From Curvularia clavata (lineage: Eukaryota), in contig CP089275.1 in assembly GCA_023920165.1 (NCBI GenBank), forward strand, positions 4,216,001 to 4,280,000: 64,000 nt of DNA. The letters are read 5' to 3'. This document shows positions 47,501 to 59,205 of the stretch, piece by piece. Below the pieces are notes generated by a model. It did no database searches. It had not been told where the DNA came from and saw only the letters and a program-made list of their open reading frames with translations. Numbering within the stretch: the stretch's first letter is position 1; each line of letters begins with the position of its first letter. Both the position numbers and the translations under genes were made by a program.

Positions 47501-50368
47501 TCTACTACTTCTCAATCTGGCTCAGTCGTTCGGGACCCTGGGTCCACGTTCCTTCTAGCGGGTGCGCGTGGAGCAGGTGAGCACGTCGGACCAAAACCGG
47601 ATCTGTCTTCTAGTGCTGGTGCGAGAGATGCTCCTCGAACATTGTCGCCAACAAGCGCTATTTCACCCTGGGCAGTCTTGGTCAATCCATGTAATCCCAA
47701 AAAGAGTAGCATCAACACCAAAAACCAATACCGGCGCTGGCACCATGTGTTTCCTAGGACATTAAGGACTGGCACTGTGAAGTGGAGGTCGTTATGCTCG
47801 CCTGCCGCTGTCCCTTTGACGCATGAGTGGTTCCCCACTGTCGAGCAAGTCGCGTCAGAATACAACGAGAGTCCATACAAGATTACTCAAAATGAAGACG
47901 ACGAGATGCTTGAAGCTCCAAAGAGCAGGGAGTCATTGATCAAAGAACTCATCGCATTTCGTCTTTCCCATGGGTTCCAGATTGTAGTAGGCTCTTCCGT
48001 TGCAGAATTCTCGGGGAGACAGGAGAAGACTCTTGCTAGTATTCTGGCGCCCGAATATATGTCCAATGATGGCGATACTGTGTTTATGAGTGTTGGAAAT
48101 ACTATACATCAACTGGTTTGTGTGGCAGGGGGAGAAGTGGAGGTGAGACGCTACAACCGCAAGCCTACCACAGCCCTGGAGTCATCCGCCGGCATTGACA
48201 CGCCTTTCCCATATAGACCCTACATTCGTACGGCCTTCGAAGACAACTACGATCCACGGGACGTAATCCTGCAGCCACCAAGGAAGGAGTATAACTGGAA
48301 CATTATCGATACATTCTTGGCCGGCTATCATGATGAGTTCTCAGAGATTTTACGCTTTTGGAGGGCTCGCTTCGTGTTGATTCCGGTAGAGATACCAGCA
48401 GTACACAGACGGCCTCTCCCGATGCTCACTGAAGACTCCGAGGAGGAGATACGTTTAGAAGGCATCCGGAAGCTCACACAGCTATGGCAAAAGTTCCGCT
48501 TCATATCTCCTGAAGAACGGTACTCCCAGCCCTCCTTTGCTTCAAAACAGAAAGACCCAAATCCGCTTGCAATTGAATATCATACTCGCGATCCCTCAGC
48601 AGTCGTTGCGGCAGGACTGGACAACTCTCTGCTTAGCGATACAGGCAACGAGTTCCAGACTTCCGTATTTCCGGATGCAGAGAAATACCACAAATCGAAT
48701 ATAGACATCAAGAAGCTTGCTGAGGACTTGCAAGGCGAGAAGGGTATACAGATGCTCGACCGCCGGTGGCATCTGAAGTTGCACTACAATTGCTTTTTGG
48801 GCTTCGATCTTACTAATTGGCTTCTCTCGAATTTTAAAGACATCGAAACTAGAGACGAAGCAGTTGATTTCGGCAATGAATTGATGAACAAGGGTCTAAT
48901 CCAACACGTGCAGCGGAGACACCCGTTCCGCGACGGCAATTTTTTCTTCCAGATTGCAGCAGAATACAGGGCCCCTCGGGCTGAGTCACGAACTGGATGG
49001 TTTGGCATGCGAAAGGCCGAGAGATCTGTTCCTTCTACACCGCTGGCAGAGGCACCGAGGACGTCGCCTCTGATCTCGAAGAACACAAAGTCACGACCTA
49101 GCACTGGGGATTCCTCATCGACAAACTCTGGATCTCTCAAAGAGGGTGAAAAGACACCGACCCGTGCTGAGCCTCCCAAGCGCAAAGTTGTCCTGTCCCG
49201 TGTCATGAGGTATGATGTGGATCCTAGGAAGCGTTCATATCGACCGGAGATCATCTCGCTACACTATGATCTTCTACACAACCCCGACAACTGTTACCAT
49301 ATACGCATTGACTGGATGAATGTCACAGCGAAGCTCATCGAAGATGCCATCGTCACCTGGGCTACAAGCGTAGAGAAATACGGCCTGAAGCTGGTGGAAG
49401 TACCTATCGCCGAAGTTGCAAATATTGTCGATCACCATCCCTTCCGATCTCCCTACTTGGTGAAACTTGCATTACAACCTCCCAAAGCTCAAATGGAGAA
49501 CATGTGGGATTCCACCAGCTTCTCCCCCCAGCACTCCAGGACGGACAAGTTCGTATATCATAAAGCACTGCTACGTAAGCTGAACTTTGTTCTGGACATG
49601 GAGGCTGCTAGCTCATTTCCACCCGATGTGGACGTAACATATTCCTGGGGCACTCCGGACTATAAGTACACGCAGTTTATCCACCGCAGTGGAGGATTGC
49701 TCGCTCAGATCACAGATGAAGGAAACCTCCTACTGCTAGCGAATCGTCTCGCGCACAATCGTGCTAAAGACAACAGCAGAATTCGGCCAGTCGATCCATA
49801 TGAACACAAGAAGGCCACGACCGACGGCAGTCAAAGTAGCCGCATTCCGTCGACACCAGCAGCAGAGCGCAATCCGCACCGCAGCCCTTTCTCTAGCCCT
49901 CTGGCTCGACCTGTTCAGGACGCGAGCCTTCTACATACTGCGCTCACGAATCATGAATATAGATCGTCCACAACTACAACAACGCCTCTAACGGGTTCCA
50001 CCGCAGTGACACCAGAACAAGTCAAGGACGAAGTGGAGGCATTCTGCACCAACGCCTCTCTCCTGTCCGCCTTCTACGCAGAAGGCCTCCGTCATGCGCC
50101 TTCGCCTTCCCCACGCATATTACCAGTAGGTGACGACAAGATACCGAGTCTAGGGTTGCCCCCAGCAATCAGCATCCGAGACGCAAGCCCGGCAGCTGGA
50201 GGGTGGACGCTAAGTAGCACATTTGGTGGGCCTAGTGGTATAGCTGGGAGGAGGCAAGGCAGCGAGGGAAGCATGTTCAATTTGGGTAGGCGAGGAAGTG
50301 CTTTTGAGGGTATGGAAGGTGGGCCACGAAGAGAAAATAGTCAGGGAAGTGTCGGTAGTGGACTTTAG
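44586..50368 (+). CDS. IML1: SEACIT/GATOR1 subunit Iml1 (DEPDC5 homolog)
   Basis: [75 protein letters not shown], DEP domain DRRWHLKLHYNCFLG, and QFIHRSG; intron 45012-45058. Confidence 0.96.
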
Positions 50369-50712
50369 GGGTATGGTGATTGCGCAGGTCTTCACGTGGT
50401 AGCGTTTTCTTCTTTTCAAAGTGATTCTGATGTCTTTTTTTTTGGTACGATGTGGCTGCGTGTCTTTTTCATGACCGATCTTTAGGTGTATAATTCTATC
50501 TGGTTTCTCGAATAATCTACATACAATTTTTGACAGAATTCCTTCACTTTTCACTTGCTTGATAGCCAATCTTCTTATCTCATGTTGCTGTATATTACAA
50601 ATTTCTACTTGTTTGCCTATTTGGTATAACTATTTGGAGGAAAATTCTCATTGTATTGAAAGAAAACATTATTCATAATCATGTATTTATGCACACCCAC
50701 ATCTTATCTCCC

Positions 50713-51831
50713 TCAAGGCGTAGGATAACTCTTCGCAAACGCTTCCCTAATCTGGCCTTCACTCCATCCCAGCGTGAGAGCCAACTGCAGTATGACTCTC
50801 GATTTCTGCGGGTTGTAAAATCCACTTGAAATGGTAAAGTCGCCGTCGCCCGCATTTGGCGGTGGCACCATACCGTCTGCGCTCCTATGGCTGGCCACAA
50901 TAGGGATGCCGGTGGCATTGTAAAGTGCCTCTGCTTGTGTGTTGGCAACGCTTGACATGCCGCCGGCTCCTACGCCCGCATATACGATACCCTTGGCTCC
51001 GGCTTCGTAGGAAGCGTTGAACAGTGAAGGCAGCATGTCCTGGTGCGCGTACAAGATAGGAACGGATGCGAGACCGGTGACGTTGGAGACGTCGAAGACG
51101 ACGCGGCCAACGGGCTCGACGGGGTGGTAGAAGAAATAGGGCACTTGATTGATAAAGACGCCCAGTTGACCAGCCTCGGTTGAGTAAAAGGTGTCGAGGG
51201 TGTTGGCGTTCATCTTTGTCGTGTAAAAAGCGGAGCCAATGCGGTCGTTGAGAACAATCATGGTGCCACGGTTGCGGCCGGCAGGTGATCCAGCGAGCTT
51301 GACGGCCTGGTAGAGGTTGAGTGGGCCATCTGCACTCAGTGCTGTAGCGGGTCGCATGGCTCCAACGACGATGATGGGCTTGGTGGAGTTGACGGTGCTT
51401 TGGAGGAAGAAAGCCGTTTCCTCGAGCGTGTCGGTGCCATGTGTGACAACAACACCTGAAATTTCGTCTTTTGCCAGCTCTGCGTTGATCATGTGCGCGA
51501 GGTTCAGGCTGATTGTTTCATTGATGTTTCCAGAAGGTACATTGGAGGCTTGGTAGCCGGCAATGTTGGAGATGTTGAGTAGCTCTGGCACCGCATCGAC
51601 TAGTTGCTGGACTCCAAGACCAATTGAGTAACCTGTTGTTTGTGTATTTGTGGTGCCTTGCGAGGCAATTGTACCACCGGTTGCAAATATGGTGACATTT
51701 GGCAGAGAGGCATTGATGGGTGTCTTGATATCCTGGCGTACGAAGAGTCTGTGTAGATCCGATCGAGTAAGATCGACAGGTGACGCAAGAGCCGCGGATA
51801 TGAAGATGGAGAGGAATTGCACAATCTTCAT
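50713..51831 (-). CDS. Secreted type II L-asparaginase
   Basis: Signal peptide MKIVQFLSIFISAALA; catalytic motifs FATGGTIA and GVVVTHGTDTLEETA; GAMRPATALSADGPLNL; NPQKSRVILQL; intronless. Confidence 0.95.
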   Translation of the reverse strand: MKIVQFLSIFISAALASPVDLTRSDLHRLFVRQDIKTPINASLPNVTIFATGGTIASQGTTNTQTTGYSIGLGVQQLVDAVPELLNISNIAGYQASNVPSGNINETISLNLAHMINAELAKDEISGVVVTHGTDTLEETAFFLQSTVNSTKPIIVVGAMRPATALSADGPLNLYQAVKLAGSPAGRNRGTMIVLNDRIGSAFYTTKMNANTLDTFYSTEAGQLGVFINQVPYFFYHPVEPVGRVVFDVSNVTGLASVPILYAHQDMLPSLFNASYEAGAKGIVYAGVGAGGMSSVANTQAEALYNATGIPIVASHRSADGMVPPPNAGDGDFTISSGFYNPQKSRVILQLALTLGWSEGQIREAFAKSYPTP

Positions 51832-51956
51832 CTTGCTGATTGACTATGACCCTGAATGATACATTTACGTCTCAGCGTTGCAGAGCTGACTTATATACTC
51901 ACATATTGTAGTCACAGCACACGCATTTGTCAGTCTCATTGTCGGCAAACTTTCGA

Positions 51957-52265
51957 CGCGCCTATCTCCACGGCGCGCCTATCTCAATCCATGTCCGAGC
52001 TAAGAGGTAATCCGTCGTTATCATTTCGTCTTGGCATGTCCATATCGAGTATCTCAGAGAAATACTACGAATCGCCATTATGTACAAAGTCCTTGGCTTT
52101 ACAAATTGATCGGACGTGCCCTGATGCCGTTGCGCTTATCAGTGGGACTGGATTGCCATGGTCCGTTTTCTCCGGTTCTTCGGAGCGCTCATCAGGAAAT
52201 GCCGGGCGCACATGGGCAAAATGCATAAACTGTATTTGCCGTGCAGTTAGTCATCGGTATTATCT
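51957..52265 (-). promoter_or_regulatory. GATA-site cluster (putative AreA/NIT2 sites) in the asparaginase promoter
   Basis: Seven TATC cores on the + strand (51963, 51980, 52019, 52043, 52050, 52137, 52261), all reading GATA on the gene's strand; TATA-like TATATAAG at ~51890-51897. Confidence 0.6.
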
Positions 52266-52712
52266 TCTTGTACAAGCCTTGTTTTAATGTGTCACAATGT
52301 ACTCCGTTGTGTTGCAGCAACGGGTGGACTGGTGAGGTACCGGCATCGGCCCGCACTACGTACTAGGTACATAGAGAGTGTTCGGGACATTCGAAGACGA
52401 GGCTAGATGCAATAAATGACTGACGTACTATGGAAAGCACGTTGAAAGTTATAGTAAGACTCCATAGACCCGACAAGTCACTGTGTATCCAAGATACTGA
52501 TCAATCTCACCTACCATATGGGAAAGCTGCATGTTGCATGTCACGACCCCGCTGGCATGCTCACGCTTAGCCAAAAAAGGGATTCAACTACAATAGGGCG
52601 TACAAGAGATTCCATAACAGAACTTCAGAGTCAGTCTAAACTCTGAGAACGCTTTTTTTTTGTTGCAACATTCATAAACACACCAAGTCCTTTCCAATCA
52701 TCATAGCAAGCC

Positions 52713-53399
52713 ATGTGCCCGCCTTCCGAACTTGCGCATGCATCCGCTCAAGATGCTGACAGCAAACCCGACAATTATCCCTTTGAGACACTATTGGATA
52801 CTCCTATATCGACAAGCGCCTATAAAATTGCAGCCAGCACGCTGCACCCATCAATTCTGAATCACAGTATTAGAGTTTTCAAGTACGCGTACGAACTAGC
52901 CAGGCACACCAATTCAAAGTACTTCACGGATCCGCACCAGCGCGACCTACTGTTTACCGCCTGTATTCTCCACGACCTTGGTACAACGCAAGAATGCAAC
53001 GGACCACAGCGATTTGAAGTCGAAGGCGCCGATGCAGCAGTCAAGCATCTCTCAAGTTTTGATGTTAGCGAGGCTGATGTACACTGCGTATGGACTGCCA
53101 TTGCGTGCCATACATCTCCTGGAATTGCGGAACGGATTGGCGAACTCGCAAAGTTGGTGCGAATAGCAGTGGTTACGGACTTCCAAAGGGGCACGTCAAA
53201 GTTGGAGATATTTGAGTCAATGAGAGAGGAACTAGAAACACAGCACAAGCGAGCAGACATCGAAAAGGTGCTTGGAGATGCAGTCGTTGAACAGGTAAAA
53301 GCGGATCCAGGGAAGGCGCCCAAGGTCTCGTGGCCTCATGCGATGTATACGGCGTGGCTTGCGGAGCCAGGTTGGAGTGGTGTAAACAAGGGTTTTTGA
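52713..53399 (+). CDS. HD-domain metal-dependent hydrolase
   Basis: LNHSIRV...ACILHDLG...RFEVEGADAA...VWTAIACH...VVTD gives an H..HD..H..D metal-binding pattern; intronless, 228 aa. Confidence 0.85.
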   Translation: MCPPSELAHASAQDADSKPDNYPFETLLDTPISTSAYKIAASTLHPSILNHSIRVFKYAYELARHTNSKYFTDPHQRDLLFTACILHDLGTTQECNGPQRFEVEGADAAVKHLSSFDVSEADVHCVWTAIACHTSPGIAERIGELAKLVRIAVVTDFQRGTSKLEIFESMREELETQHKRADIEKVLGDAVVEQVKADPGKAPKVSWPHAMYTAWLAEPGWSGVNKGF

Positions 53400-53523
53400 A
53401 GAAGCGTAAAAGCCCCGCCTGTGGTAGGATTTCGTATGTGAATGGGTATGTCGAATAATGATAGCATCCATTAGGAATTAGCCATGCAGTCATATCCGTC
53501 ATATTGCCAGTATTTGCAAATTC

Positions 53524-54189
53524 TCAGCCCCCATCGCCCCGCTCTAAAAACCCTGGGTCTCTCTCGAGTTTTCCCTCGAACTTCGTCCACCAGGCCTGGA
53601 AAGCTTTGAGCGGCACCGTATCCCCCGTTCCCCAGCTCGTCAAAAAGTCGTAACAGTTTTTGATGATTCTCTGTGCAAGCACTTTTGTCTCGACGCTCTT
53701 TTGCCCTCGGGTCACTAACTCATTACCCTGAATTGTACCCGTTGTCGCCGAAGCCGCAGCGCTCTGAGCCTTGTTTTGTTCTATAGCAGCAGCGACTTGT
53801 TGTGCGGGCTCAAGACTTATACCGAGAGCCAGTGGTGCATTATTTCCATTTGTCGCTTCCATGGAAACTCCCTCGTCTACCATAGCGTCATCGCTACCTA
53901 TGCCACCTCCAACGGGACCACCAGCCTTGGTGTTAATCTTGAAGATCGCGCTGGGCTTTTCGTTCGCGATTGCGCCGAGGAGTTTGAAATCGGTCGTGCC
54001 AGGAAGCTGTGCGTACACGGCCGCAGCAGTGCCATCTGGAAGGGTCACTCCGGGGAGAAGGAAGACGACGATGTGGGAGAAGGAAGGTTGTGAGGGAATC
54101 TGGAATGCAGATTGGGTAGGCGAGATCACTGACGAAGGCTCCGTGATAACAGGACGGCCGGATATTATTATGCCTACAGGAGAAGACAT
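53524..54189 (-). CDS. OPI10: Hikeshi/Opi10 family protein (DUF775)
   Basis: GIIISGRPV, HIVVFLLPG, LLGAIANEKPSAIFKI, LGISLEP, LAQRIIKNCYDFLTSW and VPLKAFQAWWTKFEGKLERDPGFL. Confidence 0.9.
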   Translation of the reverse strand: MSSPVGIIISGRPVITEPSSVISPTQSAFQIPSQPSFSHIVVFLLPGVTLPDGTAAAVYAQLPGTTDFKLLGAIANEKPSAIFKINTKAGGPVGGGIGSDDAMVDEGVSMEATNGNNAPLALGISLEPAQQVAAAIEQNKAQSAAASATTGTIQGNELVTRGQKSVETKVLAQRIIKNCYDFLTSWGTGDTVPLKAFQAWWTKFEGKLERDPGFLERGDGG

Positions 54190-54475
54190 TTCGAATGCCA
54201 CATAGGATGCGATCAAGTCCCAGAAGCCTCTTGTGTGGCAGTCAGGCTGCGAGCCGGTCGTACAGCTTTATTCATAAAAGACGCATGGCGAGAGCGACTT
54301 CGAGATGTTTCGCGTTTTGCGTCATGGCAGGTCCAAGCTCTGCCCCACATTTGTCCACAGAGGAACATGCGCATAGACTTTGCTACACCACGCAAATTCC
54401 GTGACGATTTACTCCGTGGGTCTTCAGATATGCAGCTAGCATCATCATTACTTGGTTCTATACAGCTGGGCTGCG

Positions 54476-57424
54476 TCATATCCTAAATCCATGTGCAGCG
54501 CTGATCCATTCCTGATCCAGTCTACGATTGACACCCTGCAATACCCTGCTTCCACCCATTAAGACTTGAAACGAGTGTATCCTCTCCCCTGCACTCATTA
54601 CCAGAAAGCGACAAAGACCTTTTGCGGCGACAGTCTTGGGCTCAATTAAGAAGGGAGAGATTGGACAGGGCGGGACCTCGAGGACCACTGGTTTCTTCAG
54701 CAATGCCACAATAGCTTGAGCCGCGAATGGATTCAGACCAGCTCTACGGAGGAAGACTTCGTGCTAGTAAAAAAAGTAAGCTTTTGTGCTGGCTAAGATA
54801 GTTGTAGTGCTTACAGTTGTCTCCTGAGCTAATGGCTTAATATCACCAAGGTCTGCCGAACCATGCGGCAGCCCATATTTGCCCATTTCTATCACCATAG
54901 ATCGGGCGAGGGCCTTCTCGCCTCCAGGGATGTACCTGACTATTACTTCGCCCTCTAATTGGGCTGCGAAAGCTTCAATCGCTTTTAATGCCTCCTTATC
55001 ACGTGGGTCTTCTGGCCGGCTTGACCCTAACTCTTCCATGTCACGGCTCAGATGCTCGCTGATCATAACGATCAGTCTTTCGCATCGTGACTGGAGACTG
55101 ACCATACGTTCTTTTATTAGTGACTTTTCAGGTTGACCAGGGAGGGCCCGCTGCTTAGCTTGCTGCAAAGAAAAGGTAATCAGGCCAGTAGATGGTGAAA
55201 CAATTATGTCGGCCTCGTTGGCTGGAGAGTGTGGCAGAGTGTAGTCTCGGTACACCATATCAGCGCTCGGGAAGAGTTGTTCAATTTGTCTGAACAAATT
55301 TCTATGCTGTAGGAACTTTGAAGAGATGATGAATGAACATGGCTTAAGATCAATTGGGACATCAGGAAATGAGGGCAGAGGTCTTGTTGGAATCGTTTCA
55401 TCTTCGCCTCTACAACTTCCCTCACGGAATTTGTGTTGCGGGTGCTCAACTGGTCTGTTAGCGTCCCAGCAATCCGGGGGGCCTACCGGCCGGGTGCGGT
55501 TGCTCCAAGCAGACTTTTCGACGATCTCAGGCTTCGTGAACCCAACAGCCTTTCCACGCGTCTGCAAAAACCTATGAAGCGCACTTGTAGCAGAGAAACC
55601 GCTAAACATGACCTCATTACCGTGTTTCTTTGCAGCTTGCATGCATTCCGACGGTAAACTCCGTTCGTATGACATTTGACAGTGAACATCAAGAGTCTTC
55701 TTTGGCAAGCTTTCTCCAGAAGGGTGATGTGCGCCTTTCCGTTTATTCTGCTTTTCTGCAGTCTCTTCTTCAATCTCCAGCTTGCGTTTTCGTACTAAGG
55801 CTTCCATGTCCTCACTATCCTCATTAAGCTCTGGTTCTATTTCGTCCTCTTCGTCTTCATCCAGGATTCTCAGCCCCTCACGCTTCCATACCTGTGCTGA
55901 GCTGGTCGCGATAACCCCTGGTTTGACTTCATCGACAAATTTCTTCATTTCAGATTCGCCATGGAGCGTCTCTTTTAGCTTGAGGGCCGAGATTTTTGTG
56001 GTCCAGAAACTCCATTGCATTTCTCTTTCTGGGATTGACATTTCATGCCACGATGCTACTGACTTCAAATCCTCTCGTTTAATTCGTCGTAGAAACTGCG
56101 TCTGGGCTTCAAGCTCGGTCTCATTAGGATTTTGCCTGCCTCTTGTCCGTTGACTGTACTCAAACCAGGGCACCACAGGCAGTGTGAAGTCCAAGTTGGG
56201 AACATCCACGCGTGCAGTTGTATCCGCGCCGGACAGTCGCTCATCCTTCACAAGATTTCTCACTTTCTCAGCGAGTGGCTTGATTCCTGTTAAAAGCTCG
56301 AGTTCATCACTGGTGACATCATCGTCACTTGCTTTGTCTTGGCCCCACGGCTTGTAGGAAATGTATTCATCCGCTGTTGTAGCAAAGCATACCGATTTGA
56401 GCTTCTTCATAGGTGAGGTCGAGAAAATTGGTGGTGTTAGCGGTCCTTCCACCCTCAAGTCTTCGACTCTGCGCTTCGGAGAAACCACTGCACATGCTGC
56501 AGAAAGTGGGCTAAACGACGGCGGTTGGATCACATCTGGAAGCATTGAGTCACTACTGTCAGACTCTTTTCGCATAAGGGAATCTGCTGCCATGATCTCA
56601 TTTTGCAAGTCAAGTGCTTCTACACAGACTGAGTCACCGCTGTCCGACGCGAGTGGCAAATTATTTGCGGGCGATGAAGGTATGTAGGGTACTGGTAACG
56701 GAGAAAGCGGGAGTAAAGGAGGCGTGATGGGCCGGATTAGTAGATCCTAGATCAATGAGTACATATAGCTCACATTTTGGGATATCTTAATTACCGTCTT
56801 CTTCATTAGATTTTCAGCTTTCAGTGCTTCGCCGTCCTCTGAAACGTACACATTGTGAACAGCTTCTTGTAGGTACAGCAGTGCATTCTTTGAGACAGTG
56901 AGCTTCTCGGCTTTGAGCTTCCCATCGCATTGCGTGGGATACGTGAGATATTTTACAGGCCATTCGAAGCCCTCGTCATTTTCTTTGTCAACTGTCTCAA
57001 TTGCAAGCCCTATGTTTTCGAAATTGGGTGATGCCACGCTTCCAAAACTCAATAGGTCAAGATCGTGGTCAGACTGAAGTACCGGAAGCTCTTGTTGTCG
57101 ACCTAGGATCCAGATTCTTCTGTCGCTCTCTGAATGATCGACTGGGGACGGCTCTCGAAGATTGTAGACTGCTTTGAGTAAAAGTGCTGTCTCTCTGCTT
57201 ACAGCAAGTCGCTCTCGAGTTAGTGCTGAGATTGCATCGGCAATAGAGGAACTAAGTGACTCGCAAGGACTCTCATCAAGCGCTGAATCCCATTGCGTGT
57301 CAACATTCATAAAGGTTACCGGCTCAGTTGTGTAGTCAATGCAGAGTCCTTGTTCCCGTGCATATTCGAGAGGACTGGGTTCGTCTTCTTCACTTTCAAG
57401 ACTTAGATCGAATTGTGCGTCCAT
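54476..57424 (-). CDS. Putative meiotic XPF-like protein, Zip2/SHOC1 family (about 950 aa)
   Basis: Introns 56747-56794 and 54764-54814 join three ORFs. C-terminal ADIIVSPSTGLI...CERLIVMI and ETTHEVFLRRAGLNPFAAQAIV resemble the XPF-like and HhH regions of SHOC1/Zip2. That a gene exists is more certain than the family call. Confidence 0.6.
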
Positions 57425-57794
57425 TATGACTGCAAGTGCAATATTGTAAACTGCATACAAGTGAGTAACTATGAAGATGGGCGACCTAGTGTTCATAGAC
57501 GGCGAAGAAAACTTGGGCTGCGGGTTGGGGATCGTGCCTTCCTCTGACTGAAGAGCTTCACGTGACTACGACTCCTAAAGAAGCAACGTCAAAGAAACAT
57601 AAAGGCAGAGGACAGAAGACAGGGTATCACCGCTATTTATTGATTATTCTCTTTTCGGTATGCTCAGCCTTGGCTATACTGTAGGCTGTTTGATATATTT
57701 CCAAATGAATGTGTAAAGGTTTTAAGTATTTACAGCCCAGTCTCACTGACTTTTCCATATGGTAGTGTTAACTCATCGCGGTTATACGCAGTTA

Positions 57795-59205
57795 TTAAAC
57801 GGCTGGCTTTTGACCAAAGCCGACCGACTGGTTGCCTCCGTTGAAGGCGACGAACTGCGCCCTGAACAGGGTGTCACCGTAAATTTGCAGACCCGAGCCC
57901 TGGTTGCCCTGTACACCACCGAAGCAAGTAGTGTTTGCATTATCGACAGGCGCGAAAACGAGCTGCTTGCCAGGGACCTTGGCCATGTATGAGTCGCCAA
58001 TGGCGACACTCATGTCGGGTAGTTGAGCATTGCATGGAAAGATGAAGCCACCGACTTGAGCATTGAGCTGAGCACCCTTGACTTGCGAGTAGTATGTCTC
58101 CGCAACCTGCTGGTCGACAAGAAGAAGCGAGGTACCAGTGTCAGCGATGGCGTCAGAGCCCTGTGGGTTATCGAACAACTGGTCGCCGACAGAGAACTTG
58201 GTAGAACCAAACTGCCAGAAGCCAGTCTCAGCCTTGACAGGGATCCAGGCCATCTCGCCCTCGAATTTGGTGGAGTCGATCTTGCCAAACTCATAAACAC
58301 CAGTACCATCTGGGTCGAGATCGGCAGTGAAGACAGGCAGGTCCAGCTTGTTCATGACATTGTCAAAGAAGGTCTTTTGAGGAGTCTTCTTAGTGCCATC
58401 GTTGACTATCTCGCTATCAGTAAAAGTTGCTTTATGCAAAAAGCGGCCGACTTACTCGTGTTGAGCTTTGAGAATGCAAGACCAACGAGGCCATCGGTGT
58501 TGGTGTCCTCTACAAATGACTGGGAGACCGCGGTGGCGAGCTCGACAGCCTGATTCTCAACAGTAACACCTCCAATGGTGACGGTGTCCATTCCAACGAC
58601 ACCAGCAGCACCAGAGCCATCACCGTAGCTAATCTTCCATTGGGCACCAGCCACTTTCTTGAACGAGGTCGACTTGGTGGGATCAAAGGCAGTGTGCTGG
58701 CCAATGACCTTAGCGTCAAGTCCAGTGCTGAAACACCAACTGCACGTCCCCGGTTAGTATACCATGCGTGGGACCGATGGATACAAACTTACAGATCAGA
58801 AGAGCCAGAATCAAAGTCCAAGTTGAGGGTCTGTCCACCGATATCGACGGGCGACAAGAACAAAGCAGCGTTGTCTCCGGGGTTGGCTGCAACAGTTCCG
58901 GTTTTGTTGCCACCCTTGTCGGCAGCAGCAGAAGCAGTGTTCGCACTTGTATTCGTCTTGTCCTCGGCCTTGGAGAAAGAGATGAAGCCATCCTTGACCA
59001 TAAACTCCTCCCTTTGCTTGAAGTTATACTTCCGGAACACCTTCCTCATAGCAGCAGGGCCATTGGGTCCAGGGTGGGCCGTGTTCAATTGTCTGGGAAC
59101 CTTGAACGAGCGTTTCTCGAGACCCCTCTTGCTTGAAGGGGCGGGAGCGGCTAGCACGACGGCGGCCAAGAGAGTGACGAAAAGAAGGAATTGTAGTGAA
59201 GGCAT
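57795..59205 (-). CDS. Secreted aspartic protease (pepsin family A1, aspergillopepsin-like)
   Basis: Signal peptide MPSLQFLLFVTLLAAVVLA; propeptide NGPAAMRKVFRKY; catalytic LDFDSGSSDLW and IADTGTSL; flap ISYGDGS; DGLVGLAF; IYGDTLFR. Introns 58740-58792 and 58406-58455. Confidence 0.94.

Noticed and set aside
58800..58820. DSG instead of DTG in the first catalytic motif of the aspartic protease
   Set aside because: D[ST]G is within the normal pepsin-family consensus and does not indicate inactivation.
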